From Promethearchaeia archaeon (GTDB taxonomy: Archaea; Asgardarchaeota; Lokiarchaeia; Sigyniarchaeales; SOKP01), in contig JAHQWG010000021.1 in assembly GCA_029856045.1 (NCBI GenBank), positions 1 to 35,987 of the forward strand: 35,987 nt of DNA, in the 5' to 3' direction. Positions 16,935 to 27,378 of the stretch are shown piece by piece. Made by a program: the position numbers and the translations under genes. Positions within the stretch are counted from its first letter, which is position 1, and the number at the start of each line of letters is the position of its first letter. Under the pieces are notes generated by a model. The model made no database searches, was not told the origin of the DNA, and was given only the letters and a program-made list of their open reading frames with translations.

Positions 16935-17855
16935 ATTTTTTAAATATGAAAAAACTAAGGGAAGAGCAATAGTTGCATCACAAATTAAAGTTGTGTATAA
17001 TGCTTCTTTATTAACCTTTCCCCATGAAACTGCCTCACTTAATGTTGCTCCACTTAGTCCTCCTGGTTCTGGTCGATCCATTGTTATTTGAATTGCGTAA
17101 GAGGCAGAATTAGGAGAAAATTGGAGGGATTGCATAATAAAATTTTTTGGAACACCTCCACCAACAATAAAAACACCGGCTTTTTTGGCATCCCATGCTA
17201 AATCTACCATTTTTAGCATATCTTTAAAATGATTTAAATTGAGTTTTTGATTGTGAAAACCCAATTGAAGTGCTAGACCACAATCAGTAAAAGCAGGACA
17301 GAAAATTGGAATATTTTTTTCAGCGCAAATTTTTAAAATCGAATTAGGATTGTTTGGTAGTTGTTCACCTAAAAATTTTAAAAACTCACTTACCGGCATC
17401 TCATTGTTAGGGACATTTAATTTTGAAATAAAATCTTCAATTCCTTCATAAGCATTATTAGGTAAAAATACATCATATATTCGATTGATTTTTTTATCAT
17501 ATAATTCTGCATCATCAATATTTTCTAATTTAAGATCACATTGCAGATGGTGGAATCCTAGAGTCTCAGCGACATCATGAGTTATAGTTGCACCGGTTGT
17601 CACAAGTACATCGAGAAAACCCTCTTCTATAAAATCGTGAATCACTTTTCCAAGACCAACCGGGATCATTGCACCTGCAAGTCCAAAAAATTTTATACAT
17701 TCTTTATCTTCTATCATCTTCTCGTAAATTTCACACGCTAAAGCTAGTCGTTTCGCATTAAATCCCGTATTAATTAAAGACCTAATGATTTTATTTATAT
17801 TATCGTTTTTAGAAATATCTATCTGCTCTACTGGTTTAAATTTATTATCCTTCAT
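16923..17855 (-). CDS. dhs: Deoxyhypusine synthase
   Basis: GFNA, LAGAMIP, TTGATITHD, NRIYD, FCPAFTD, GGGVPKN, GGLSGATLSEAVSWGK (catalytic Lys), DATIALP. Confidence 0.95.
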   Translation of the reverse strand: MKDNKFKPVEQIDISKNDNINKIIRSLINTGFNAKRLALACEIYEKMIEDKECIKFFGLAGAMIPVGLGKVIHDFIEEGFLDVLVTTGATITHDVAETLGFHHLQCDLKLENIDDAELYDKKINRIYDVFLPNNAYEGIEDFISKLNVPNNEMPVSEFLKFLGEQLPNNPNSILKICAEKNIPIFCPAFTDCGLALQLGFHNQKLNLNHFKDMLKMVDLAWDAKKAGVFIVGGGVPKNFIMQSLQFSPNSASYAIQITMDRPEPGGLSGATLSEAVSWGKVNKEALYTTLICDATIALPLVFSYLKNLEK

Positions 17856-17873
17856 TTTCTCAATGCCTTAAAT

Positions 17874-18776
17874 TTATTTTTTGATAAAACTCATAAATTC
17901 CACTATTATTTTTGCTGCACAAATCTGAGTTATTTTATTTTGCAAATCCAAGTTAGGAGATACCTCAACTAAATCAAAACCTATAATATTAAATTCTTCT
18001 GCTAATTTTCTTAAAATTTGCCATAAATCTCTATAACTTAAACCACCAGGAACGACATATCCCGTTCCAGGAGCAATTGATGGATCTAACACATCGATAT
18101 CAATAGATACATATAATTTTAAGATGCCTTGAGATTTAAAGAACTTAAAAATTTTTTCAATTGTTTCTTGAATATCAATATCGTATATTTCACAAGAATT
18201 AATATGCTCTATTTTATTCTTTTTTATATTATCGAGCTCAATATTGTCGATATCACGAGCACCAACAATTAATAAATTTTTGTTATTCATATATTCTAAA
18301 TCAAATATTCTATGAGCGACGGTTGTATGAGAATTTTTTTTTCCTTCCCAAACATAGTAGAAATCTGCATGAGCATCAAATATAAGAACGCCAAATTTCT
18401 CCCTTTCCAAAACTAAATCCCCAATGGCTTTTAATACCGGATAAGTACAAAAATGATCGCCTCCAATCATCACCATTTTAGGTGACTTGTAAGGATTATA
18501 CAATTTTCTAACAAATTCTTCAATTTTTATCAGATTTTTTTCATTATTAGATGGGTCTATTTCGACATTTCCCAAATCAGAAGCATTTAATGTAGAAATA
18601 TCAAATCCCAATTCAGTAGATCTCGCAAGGTCGTAAGTTAATTCTCGTATTTTGAAGGGCGCGGCAGCAGAATTTACATTCTTTAAAGAACTAAGAGAAT
18701 CCCATGGAATACCAAAAATTAAAAACTCAGTGCTATGGTCAAAGTTATCTTTAAAGTCGTAAAATGTTTTTACCAA
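17874..18776 (-). CDS. speB: Agmatinase (ureohydrolase family)
   Basis: GIPWD, GGDH, DAHAD, GARD, SIDIDVLDPSIAPGTG, DLVEVSP. Confidence 0.88.
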   Translation of the reverse strand: MVKTFYDFKDNFDHSTEFLIFGIPWDSLSSLKNVNSAAAPFKIRELTYDLARSTELGFDISTLNASDLGNVEIDPSNNEKNLIKIEEFVRKLYNPYKSPKMVMIGGDHFCTYPVLKAIGDLVLEREKFGVLIFDAHADFYYVWEGKKNSHTTVAHRIFDLEYMNNKNLLIVGARDIDNIELDNIKKNKIEHINSCEIYDIDIQETIEKIFKFFKSQGILKLYVSIDIDVLDPSIAPGTGYVVPGGLSYRDLWQILRKLAEEFNIIGFDLVEVSPNLDLQNKITQICAAKIIVEFMSFIKK

Positions 18777-18795
18777 ATTAGACCCCTTACATAAT

Positions 18796-20514
18796 TTACA
18801 TTTGTAGTAAAACTTCTATTCCTAATAAGTTCAAACCAATTTTAATAACTATTTGGTTACATTTGATTAATAATAACCTTGCTTTCTTAGTCTTTTCATC
18901 GCTTGAAATAACAGGACAATTATCGTAAAAGATATTGAATTTTTGTGATAAATTTAATAGATATTGACACATTAAATGTGGTTTGTAAGATTCTGCAGCC
19001 TCTTTAAGAATTTCCGGAAATTGATATAGATTAAATATTAATTCTTTTTCGGTTTTGTGTTTTAAGAGTGAAAAATCAACATCTGTATCAATCTCAACTT
19101 CTGTTTTGTTAATAATGGATTGAATTCTTGCATAAACATATTGAATGTAGGGACCTGTATCACCTTCAAATGAGATACTCTTATCAGGGAAATAGGTAAA
19201 ATCTTTTTTTGAATCATATTTCAAAATGTAGAATCTTAAAGCAGCTTGTCCTATGATCCTCGATCGCTTTTCTATTTCCTCTTCATTCAAATCATTATAT
19301 CTTTTTAATATTTCATTTTTAGCTAAGTTATATACTTCCTCAATAATTTCATCTGCATCGACAGTTTGACCTTCTCTACTTTTCATTTTACCTTCTGGTA
19401 AATATACCATACCGTAATTAAGATGAATCATTTCCTCCGAAAAGCCTAAAAGTTCTAATATTTTAAATAATTGCTTAAAATAGGTGTTCTGTTCATTTCC
19501 AACAACATAAATTGACTTGTCGTAATTGAAATCTTCTTTTTTCTTTTTAGCTAAATATATGTCTTGTGTAATATAAAGTGATGTGCCATCACTGCGAAGT
19601 AAAACTTTATCAGGAAGATTATATTTCTCTAATCTAGCAATAACTGCCTTATTTTCAACCTGTTCAAAATTTTCACCATCTATTGCAGTTTTTATTATTT
19701 CTTTTCCTTTTTTATATATATCAGATTCGAAATATTCTTTGTCAAATTTAACATCTAATTTACTAAATGATTCATTAAAACCTTGTTTTGCCCAAGTATT
19801 CATCATTTTCCAAATAGCACGTATATTTGGGTCATTATTTTCCCATTTATGAAGTAAATCCTCAGCTTCTTGATTCATGTCGGGATCATTTTGCAATTTT
19901 TCATTAAATAAAACGTAGAACTTTCCAACAAAATGATCAGCCTTAATATTCTCATCTTCTGGTTTTTTATTATTCCCCCACTTTTGGTATGCAAGCATAC
20001 TTTTGCAAATATGAATACCTCTATCATTGAATAAATTAACTTCAAAAATTTCATTACCAATAAATCTTAGAAGGTTTGAAACTGATTGACCAATAAAAAT
20101 ATTTCTAAGAATTCCAAGATGTAGGGGTTTATTTGTATTTGGGGAAGGATACTCAACAACGATTTTAAGAGGGAGCTCAATCTCCTTGGATTCAATTCGT
20201 GCGAATTCTTCCCTTTTATTAAAAATATTAGTTAATACATCTTTTGCTAAAAATGTTTTATTTATATTAAAATTCAAATATGGTCCAACAGCTTTAATTT
20301 TTAATAAAAATTCAGGCTTAATCAAATTTTTTTCTAAATCTACAGCAATTTGTTGAGGAGATTTCTTTTTCACTTTTGATAAAATAAAGACAGGAAATGA
20401 ATAATCAAAATCAATATCTTTAGGAGGAAGTTCAATTAATTTTTCCACTTCTTGTGGAGTAATTTCCTTTATAAAATCAGATAATAAAACAGCAATCTGC
20501 TTCTTATAATTCAT
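18796..20514 (-). CDS. argS: Arginine--tRNA ligase
   Basis: GPYLNF, VEYPSPNTNKPLHLG (HIGH-like), LRSDGTSLY, GKMKSREG, GDTGPYIQY.YARI; ends LLQM. Confidence 0.97.
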   Translation of the reverse strand: MNYKKQIAVLLSDFIKEITPQEVEKLIELPPKDIDFDYSFPVFILSKVKKKSPQQIAVDLEKNLIKPEFLLKIKAVGPYLNFNINKTFLAKDVLTNIFNKREEFARIESKEIELPLKIVVEYPSPNTNKPLHLGILRNIFIGQSVSNLLRFIGNEIFEVNLFNDRGIHICKSMLAYQKWGNNKKPEDENIKADHFVGKFYVLFNEKLQNDPDMNQEAEDLLHKWENNDPNIRAIWKMMNTWAKQGFNESFSKLDVKFDKEYFESDIYKKGKEIIKTAIDGENFEQVENKAVIARLEKYNLPDKVLLRSDGTSLYITQDIYLAKKKKEDFNYDKSIYVVGNEQNTYFKQLFKILELLGFSEEMIHLNYGMVYLPEGKMKSREGQTVDADEIIEEVYNLAKNEILKRYNDLNEEEIEKRSRIIGQAALRFYILKYDSKKDFTYFPDKSISFEGDTGPYIQYVYARIQSIINKTEVEIDTDVDFSLLKHKTEKELIFNLYQFPEILKEAAESYKPHLMCQYLLNLSQKFNIFYDNCPVISSDEKTKKARLLLIKCNQIVIKIGLNLLGIEVLLQM

Positions 20515-20538
20515 TCTATAAATAATTTAGTATAAAAA

Positions 20539-21078
20539 TTAATTTATACTTTGGGAATTGGTTTCCTTTAATTTCGCTTCCATTTCCTTCTCCATTTCTT
20601 TCAAATCTTTCAAAAATACTAATTCGACGTAGCAGTAATCTTCTGTGGGTTTAACACCATTCAGTTTATATTCAACTTTTATGTCTGTTAATTTTTTTAA
20701 TGATTGTTCAAAATACGCTTTAGTAAATTGACAAAGAGTGCCACCATACTCAAGATCTTCTCTTTCTGCAATAAGTTTATGAAATGGGCATCGATTTTTT
20801 ATTTTAATTACTGTTCGGTCTTCTTCGTTATTTTGATTAAGCAGTTCAGCTTCAAATAGTTGAGAAACCATACTTTGAAATAAATTAAAAGCAGCAGAAA
20901 TATTTTCAAAATTACCACCATTTTGCTTGTGCTTTTCAAGAATTCTTTTGGCGATAATTTCAGCAGATTTTTGGCCAATTCTATAAATTAGAGCGTTTAA
21001 CGTAGGTTTTCCTAAAGTGGATTGTAGTTCATTTACCAAACTTCCTAAGAATGATCCTAAAGCCAAATTTTCATCCAT
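20539..21078 (-). CDS. V4R/Bet3-like (methanogen output domain-like) protein
   Basis: LIYRIGQKSAE helix; KNRCPF...GTLCQF...DYCYVEL three-Cys pattern. Confidence 0.6.
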   Translation of the reverse strand: MDENLALGSFLGSLVNELQSTLGKPTLNALIYRIGQKSAEIIAKRILEKHKQNGGNFENISAAFNLFQSMVSQLFEAELLNQNNEEDRTVIKIKNRCPFHKLIAEREDLEYGGTLCQFTKAYFEQSLKKLTDIKVEYKLNGVKPTEDYCYVELVFLKDLKEMEKEMEAKLKETNSQSIN

Positions 21079-21813
21079 GTTTTCTTACAACCCGTAATTA
21101 TTATAATTTAAAATTTATATAAAATTTTCGTAAAAATCGTCTTTCTTAAAAGATTATTTTGTTTATATAAAGAATTGATTAAGTAAATCTTTTCATTTGT
21201 TATTAAAATTAACGATTAAATATGTTAAGTTATTAATATTGAATTATTTTGATATTTAGAAGTAATCTTCTTAAAAGTGATAGTACTAATATTATTCTTG
21301 TAGTATTGAAGTTTAATGAAGAAAAAACTTCAAATATAAATTTCTGAACAATTATTTTTTCTTTTAATCTGAATAGGATATTTTTAAGAGGATATATTAA
21401 TATTTCCCATTAGTACGGACAAAATTATATCTTATAGAAAAACTCATATAAGCCATAAAACCAATTAATTAAAAATATTTTTAATCTTCAGAGATTTTTT
21501 ATCTTTATTTCTCATATTTCAAGTAGTAAAAATAATTTTTTCTTAATTATAATTAATCAAAAAGATAGATATGATTATAATTATAGAGATATTGTTTATT
21601 ATCAAGAATTAATTTCATTATATAGAGAATTGATTATGTAAATCTTTTGGTTTGTTATTATAATTAGAGATTTTATACTCCAAATATTAAGATTAGATTA
21701 TTATTTAATGTAAAATATCTTTAATAATAGTGATATTGCATACAAGGGTTCTTAAGTATGTAAATTTCATATGGAAGTAATTAAAAATTAATTAAATAAT
21801 TTAAAATATAGTT

Positions 21814-21822
21814 AAAGGAGGT
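21814..21822 (+). promoter_or_regulatory. Strong Shine-Dalgarno AAAGGAGGT for ORF 21829
   Basis: Ends 6 nt before ATG 21829. Confidence 0.7.
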
Positions 21823-21828
21823 CATTTT

Positions 21829-22056
21829 ATGAGTGGTAGAGGCGGTGGAGGCGGTGGAGGCGGTGGAGGCGGTGGAGGCGGTAGAGGCGGTAGAGGCGGT
21901 AGAGGCGGTAGAGGAGGAATGGGAGGTCCTTATGCTGCTGGTCCTAGTGGGGCTTGTATCTGTCCAAATTGTGGTCATACGGTTCCACATCAAGTAGGAG
22001 TTCCGTGCATGAATCAAAATTGCCCAAAGTGTGGTACTAAAATGGTAAGGGGCTAA
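21829..22056 (+). CDS. Small Gly/RGG-rich protein with zinc ribbon (CxCPxCG...PH..G.PC...CPKCG)
   Basis: Strong SD; the C-terminal Cys motif belongs to a known family of small archaeal/bacterial proteins of unknown function. Confidence 0.85.
   Translation: MSGRGGGGGGGGGGGGGGRGGRGGRGGRGGMGGPYAAGPSGACICPNCGHTVPHQVGVPCMNQNCPKCGTKMVRG
21841..21912 (+). repeat. In-frame 9-bp tandem repeat: 4x GGCGGTGGA then 4x GGCGGTAGA
   Basis: Read directly; encodes GGG x4 then GGR x4. Confidence 0.95.
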
Positions 22057-22426
22057 AAAACTGATTACCATATTTAACCAATAAGAATTATAATAACCAA
22101 TTCGCCGATAAAAGAATCATTTTGTAGAGTGGAAATGAAATCTTATTAATAAATTGTAAAATTATTTTATAAAAACTAACAATATAGTTCATGAAATTAG
22201 TAAAAGAGAAAAATTTCATATAGGGGAAAAATAAAAAGTAGATAGTCCTGTTAGTACGAACAATTTATTCTTTAAATAATGCATTTTATAAATTTCAGGA
22301 AAAATCAGTGTAATAGAAATAAAAATTTCTAATATTTAATTGATTTTTATCGCTATTTATTAAATTTTAAGTAGGATAATAATTTTTCAATAATAAAGAA
22401 TCTATTTATAAATAAAATAAAGTGGT

Positions 22427-23962
22427 TTGATTGCAATGAGTAAAAAAATGAATGTATTATTCATAATCTCTGATGCTCATCGAGTGGATCATTTGGGATG
22501 CTATGGAAATCAAATTTTAAAAACACCAAATCTTGATAAGTTTGCAAAAGAAGGTGTTAGATTTTCTAATTACTTTTGTACTGCTCCTATTTGTATGCCC
22601 AACAGAGCAACACTACATACGGGATTATATCCAAATGTGCATGGTGTAAGGAGTAATGGGATTAATCTACGGGAAGACCTTCCAAATATTGCTCAAACAT
22701 TAATGAAAAGAGGTTGGCGTACAGCGGTTATGGGAAAAACACATTTTCAATTTATGTCTCCTCCATATCGAAGGAAAACAAAATCGGCAGAATGTTGGGG
22801 TGATTGGTTAGCTGAGAAAGCTGGTGACAACCCAGTAAAAGAAAACTTTCCTCTCCCATATTATGGATTCCAAGAAGTCGAATTCGCAACGGGTAATGGG
22901 ACTATATGCGTTGGACATTATTTAGATTGGTTGGAAAAAAAGTCACCGAAACACGCTGAATTTGTAAAAAAGAAATGGAGAAGAATCGACAATTACTTCT
23001 CGTTATGGTGTGATAAGGGCTTTCCTGAAGAACTTTATAGTACAACATATATTAAAGAACGTACTATTGCCTTCCTTGAACGACATGCCCGGGGAGATTA
23101 TGGAGATAAACCCTTCTATTTGCATTGCTCTTTTTTAGATCCTCACTATCCTCTATGTCCTCCAGGAAAATATTATGATATGTACAAACCAGAAGAAATT
23201 GAGCTTCCTCCGAATTTTAAAGATGTAAAGAACTTATATGGCCATAAATTTTTGGGACCTCTTTTAAAAAATCCACCATTTTTTAGAGCGTTCTTGCGAG
23301 AAACTAATGAAGAGGAGGCACGAAAATTTATAGCCTTAACATACGGGTCTGTTGCATTAATAGATTATAGTATAGGAGAAATATTATCAACACTAAAGAA
23401 GTTAGGTTATGCAGATAATACAATAGTAATGTATAGCAGTGATCACGGTGATTTAATGGGAGATCATGGTTTATTATTTAAAGGTCCTTGCCCTTATAAT
23501 GGTGTATTACATCTTCCTCTAATATGGAAAGTGCCAGGTTTAACTAAACCGGGAGTTTCTGAATCTTTAATAAGTTCCATCGACATTCCAAAAACCATTC
23601 TAAATCTCTTAAATATTAAAGAACGCCATCACCCTCCTGATATGCAAGGTTTTAATATGACTCCGGTATTAATGGACCAAAATGAAAAAGTTAGAGACTG
23701 TGTTTTCATCGAAAATGATGAAGAAGTTGGATCTCTTGAAGCACGATTAAGACATTTAGTAACCGAAGATTATAAATTAACAATATATGAAGGTTTTGAA
23801 GATCATGGTGATTTATTTGATCGAAAGAACGATCCAGATGAATTGAATAATTTGTGGTATAAAGAGAAATTTAAAAATATTCGATTTAAACTGGTTAATA
23901 AATTATTGCAAGAGAATCTCAAAGCTCAAACTCGAGATCCTAAACGAGTCGCAGGAACATAA
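22427..23962 (+). CDS. Formylglycine-dependent (Cys-type) sulfatase-like hydrolase
   Basis: NVLFIISD, LGCYGN..LKTPNLD, CMPNRATLHTG (CxPxR), GKTH, DPHYP, SDHGD. Real start probably a downstream ATG. Confidence 0.93.
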   Translation: MIAMSKKMNVLFIISDAHRVDHLGCYGNQILKTPNLDKFAKEGVRFSNYFCTAPICMPNRATLHTGLYPNVHGVRSNGINLREDLPNIAQTLMKRGWRTAVMGKTHFQFMSPPYRRKTKSAECWGDWLAEKAGDNPVKENFPLPYYGFQEVEFATGNGTICVGHYLDWLEKKSPKHAEFVKKKWRRIDNYFSLWCDKGFPEELYSTTYIKERTIAFLERHARGDYGDKPFYLHCSFLDPHYPLCPPGKYYDMYKPEEIELPPNFKDVKNLYGHKFLGPLLKNPPFFRAFLRETNEEEARKFIALTYGSVALIDYSIGEILSTLKKLGYADNTIVMYSSDHGDLMGDHGLLFKGPCPYNGVLHLPLIWKVPGLTKPGVSESLISSIDIPKTILNLLNIKERHHPPDMQGFNMTPVLMDQNEKVRDCVFIENDEEVGSLEARLRHLVTEDYKLTIYEGFEDHGDLFDRKNDPDELNNLWYKEKFKNIRFKLVNKLLQENLKAQTRDPKRVAGT

Positions 23963-24105
23963 AGTTAATATATTTTTTTTTGAATATTTTTTCATTTACT
24001 CTTTTAATCATCATTTATCCAAAATATTTATGAAGATTTTATATATTTAGTAATGTAATATATATCTATTTAAAATAACAATTTTACATAAAAAGGAATT
24101 TAATC

Positions 24106-25428
24106 ATGAGTGAAAGTAAATCCAATTCAAAATGGATTGTATTGGTAATTATTTTAGCAGCAATGATTGCATGGATGCATGATGGGTACTCATTGGTTTT
24201 AATTAGCCTACTTGCTAACGATTTAAAGGCATATTTTGCAGTAAACGATGCTGCAATTGGTCTTGTTATATCGCTTCAATTCGTGTGCACAGTGCCTGGT
24301 GCCATATTATTTGGCGAATTGGGAGATCGATTTGGACGTAAGAAAGCACTAATTATTTCAATAGCATGGGATGCAATTTTTTCATCATTAACTTCTTTAG
24401 TTCCTTCAAATGGATTTATACTTTTTGCAATATTAAGAATGGTTTCTGGACTCGGTGTAAGCTGGGGTATTTCTTTCTCTTTAATTTCAGAACATTTTTC
24501 ACCAAAAAAAAGAGGGGCAGCTGGTGGGCTGGTCCATTCGACATTTGTTATTGGATATATGGCTGCGATTATTGTAACATTATTAATCGCACCGTTTGGA
24601 TGGCAATTCTGCTTTGTAACGGCTTTATTTCCTATTCCGTTTTTAATATTATTCTGGTTTGCACTACCCGAATCCGAAATTTGGTCTGAATATGATAAAA
24701 TATCGAAAGAACAAAAGGTTAAGCAAAAAATAAGAGTTAAAGAAATTTTTAGTGGAAAATGGTTAAAATTGACAGTGCTATTAGTCCTACTCTTCTGGTT
24801 GTGCGAAACGGCATATCACACGTTAGTAGATTTTGCACCAGTTTTTTTTGAATACCTTTTTAGTCATCTAGGTTATTCAAATCCAGCAAATAGCTCATTA
24901 ATGTTTATGCTAGTCCTTATGTTAATAGCAGCATTTGTATTAATTGGTTTCGGTGCATTAAGTGACTTTATTGGCAGAAAAAAGGCGTTTCTTATTGATA
25001 ATATATTTGGCATTGTAGGTGGCTCAATATTTGGAATATTTCTTTTACTGATTTTTGATAGTTCAATGATTATGGTAGCGGCATTATTAATTACGGTTTC
25101 CTTTGGTCTTCATGGTATATTTGGTGTGTGGTCTTCTGAATTGTATGATACTGAAGTAAGAGCATCAGCAAATTCAATTATATTTTCAATTGCACGCGGG
25201 GCAAGTCTTGGAGCGTTTTTTGTGGGATTAATTTCTGATAGTTTAAATCCATACACTACTACAGCAGAAAGGTTAGCAAATCCATTTATTTCACTTCAAG
25301 CATTAGGCACTGGAATGTTACTTTGTCTATTAGCATATATTGGGGTATTCATCGTTTTATTATTCGTACCAGAACCTAAAGATAAAGTAATCACAGCAAT
25401 AAGTAAACCGAAAATTCTTGAATCTTAA
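24106..25428 (+). CDS. MFS transporter
   Basis: GELGDRFGRKK and GALSDFIGRKK motif A copies; SEHFSPKKRG; about 12 TM segments. Confidence 0.93.
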   Translation: MSESKSNSKWIVLVIILAAMIAWMHDGYSLVLISLLANDLKAYFAVNDAAIGLVISLQFVCTVPGAILFGELGDRFGRKKALIISIAWDAIFSSLTSLVPSNGFILFAILRMVSGLGVSWGISFSLISEHFSPKKRGAAGGLVHSTFVIGYMAAIIVTLLIAPFGWQFCFVTALFPIPFLILFWFALPESEIWSEYDKISKEQKVKQKIRVKEIFSGKWLKLTVLLVLLFWLCETAYHTLVDFAPVFFEYLFSHLGYSNPANSSLMFMLVLMLIAAFVLIGFGALSDFIGRKKAFLIDNIFGIVGGSIFGIFLLLIFDSSMIMVAALLITVSFGLHGIFGVWSSELYDTEVRASANSIIFSIARGASLGAFFVGLISDSLNPYTTTAERLANPFISLQALGTGMLLCLLAYIGVFIVLLFVPEPKDKVITAISKPKILES

Positions 25429-25444
25429 AATTTAATTTAATTAA

Positions 25445-25458
25445 TTTTTTTTTTTTTT
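25445..25458 (+). terminator. T14 tract, probable archaeal oligo-U terminator after the MFS gene
   Basis: Starts 17 nt after the stop codon, between convergent genes. Confidence 0.55.
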
Positions 25459-25522
25459 AAGATAACTCATCTTTTAGTTCATTCAAAAAATTTAAACATA
25501 AAAAAAAATGTATTAATTAGAA

Positions 25523-26821
25523 TCATTTCAATTTTTTTTCCAATTCTTTTATTTTCTCTTTAATTTGATAAGCCGCATTATCAATTATATTAGCTGCTAT
25601 GAAAGAGGTCTCATTGTTTGCTTTTTGTTTCAATATTTTATACTTTAAATTTAAAGCTTCTAAGAGTATTTTATTATGCATTTTATCAGTTCCTTTTATT
25701 ATAATATCAAGGATATGAAGGGCTAATTGTAATTTTCCTATTTCATATAATTTTTTCGCATGTTCCATATAGTTTTTTTCGCTATTTAATCTCAAAAATT
25801 CTTTTGCAATCTCTTCTGACTTAGCTGGAAACAGATCTGTTGGATTTCCGCTATTATACCAACCATGATATAATCTATAACTTGCATGTATTGCAAAACG
25901 AACACACCCGTACATTGGTCTTAGATATTTATGTTTTTTGAACTTCTCCGGATAAATCTCAAGTATTTCATGGTATATCTGCTCAAACCATTTACCTTCA
26001 TTTAATCTTTTTACAACCTCATCATGTACAAAATGCATGGCCTCTGCTGTAATTGATAAGACATCTTTTACTTTTTCTTTGCCTTCAATTAAAGGACCAT
26101 GCCCAGGAATTAAATATTCAGCGTTTTTTTCCATCATTTTTTCCATTGCTATAGCCCATTGTTTAGGATATCGTTGTACTTTATATGGATTGCCAACATT
26201 AGGGAAAGATGAAACCATTAAATCTCCCGCACATATAAGCCTTTTTTCTGGTACCCATAACCAAATTGAATCATCTGTCTCGCCCTTATCGTGGTAGATA
26301 TTAAAAGTACAATCACCTAGTTTGAATGAATATTGCTCCTCATTTCCATGCATAATTATAGTAGGGGCAAGTGTTTCATGTGCTGAAACAAGAATCTTTT
26401 GTCTCTTACCTGATACTGAAGCAAATTGTTGTTTGTTTAACCAATCATGATATTTATCCAACATTCTATATTTTTCAAATCTTCTTAGGCAATTTTCGTG
26501 GGCAATTATTTTAGGCATCTCCCAACCTTTTACCTTAATTTCTTCAATGAATGGTGCATACCCAAAACAATGGTCAAAATGTCCATGTGAATAGATAATA
26601 TATTTAACCTGTTTATCTGTTAATTTTCGAACCTCTTTAAATGTCCTTGGGCCATATTGCACTATGGGAAGATCAAATATTACTAAACCGTCATCAGTTT
26701 CAATAACACCCGTATTAGCCATGCCAGGGATTAGATGGCATGAATTGTCTGCAAACGTGGAAGATGGAAACATTCCAAACCAATCACGCATACCTTGATT
26801 TGTGACTCTCATAATTTTCAC
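25523..26821 (-). CDS. MBL-fold alkyl-sulfatase-like (SdsA1/Pisa1-type) hydrolase with dimerisation domain
   Basis: YSHGHFDH, GETDD, GDL...FPNVGNP.KVQRY, IPGHG, PMYG, Y.GWYN.GNPTDL. Confidence 0.85.
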   Translation of the reverse strand: MKIMRVTNQGMRDWFGMFPSSTFADNSCHLIPGMANTGVIETDDGLVIFDLPIVQYGPRTFKEVRKLTDKQVKYIIYSHGHFDHCFGYAPFIEEIKVKGWEMPKIIAHENCLRRFEKYRMLDKYHDWLNKQQFASVSGKRQKILVSAHETLAPTIIMHGNEEQYSFKLGDCTFNIYHDKGETDDSIWLWVPEKRLICAGDLMVSSFPNVGNPYKVQRYPKQWAIAMEKMMEKNAEYLIPGHGPLIEGKEKVKDVLSITAEAMHFVHDEVVKRLNEGKWFEQIYHEILEIYPEKFKKHKYLRPMYGCVRFAIHASYRLYHGWYNSGNPTDLFPAKSEEIAKEFLRLNSEKNYMEHAKKLYEIGKLQLALHILDIIIKGTDKMHNKILLEALNLKYKILKQKANNETSFIAANIIDNAAYQIKEKIKELEKKLK

Positions 26822-27378
26822 TTACTCAACATTTTTTTAATTTTTTTAATTAAAACTATACTTCTTGACTTATATAAAAATTAAACTCATAATATAAAAT
26901 CATTCAATTATTGAATTTTACTAAAAAATCAAATAAAGTAAAGACGATATAATTTCCCATTATTCAAAAATAGAAGATCATCACCTATTTATAAACTTGA
27001 GAGAAGAGTTATTCCAATTTGTAATATAAGAGTAAAAATATAATTGAATCTTTTTTTATGAAAAATTATAGTTCAAAAATTTACCATTTCAATTTAAATA
27101 ACGGCATCAGAGTTATTAGTCTAAAACATTTTAAATTAAAAAAAAAATTATTATAGGGATATTTCAATGAATAGAAAATATTGTATATTAGGATTTTTTC
27201 TAATAGGGATTCTGTTAATGAGTATGAGTTATGGTTTTACTATAGATTTTATTGAAAATTCTCATTAACTAACAAATTGATATCCAACTATAATTAATAT
27301 TGATTTAAAATAATTTTTCTTGTAATTCTCAAATAATTAAGAGAAATCTTAAAATTCACTAATAACGAAATAAAAAGT

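Noticed and set aside
21781-22071. 96 aa minus-strand ORF with STA repeats
   Set aside because: Antisense of the RGG/zinc ribbon gene, which has the SD and the conserved Cys motif.
26822-27378. 557-bp intergenic region as a hidden gene, tRNA or SECIS
   Set aside because: No convincing ORF, cloverleaf or stable stem seen; consistent with a divergent promoter region.
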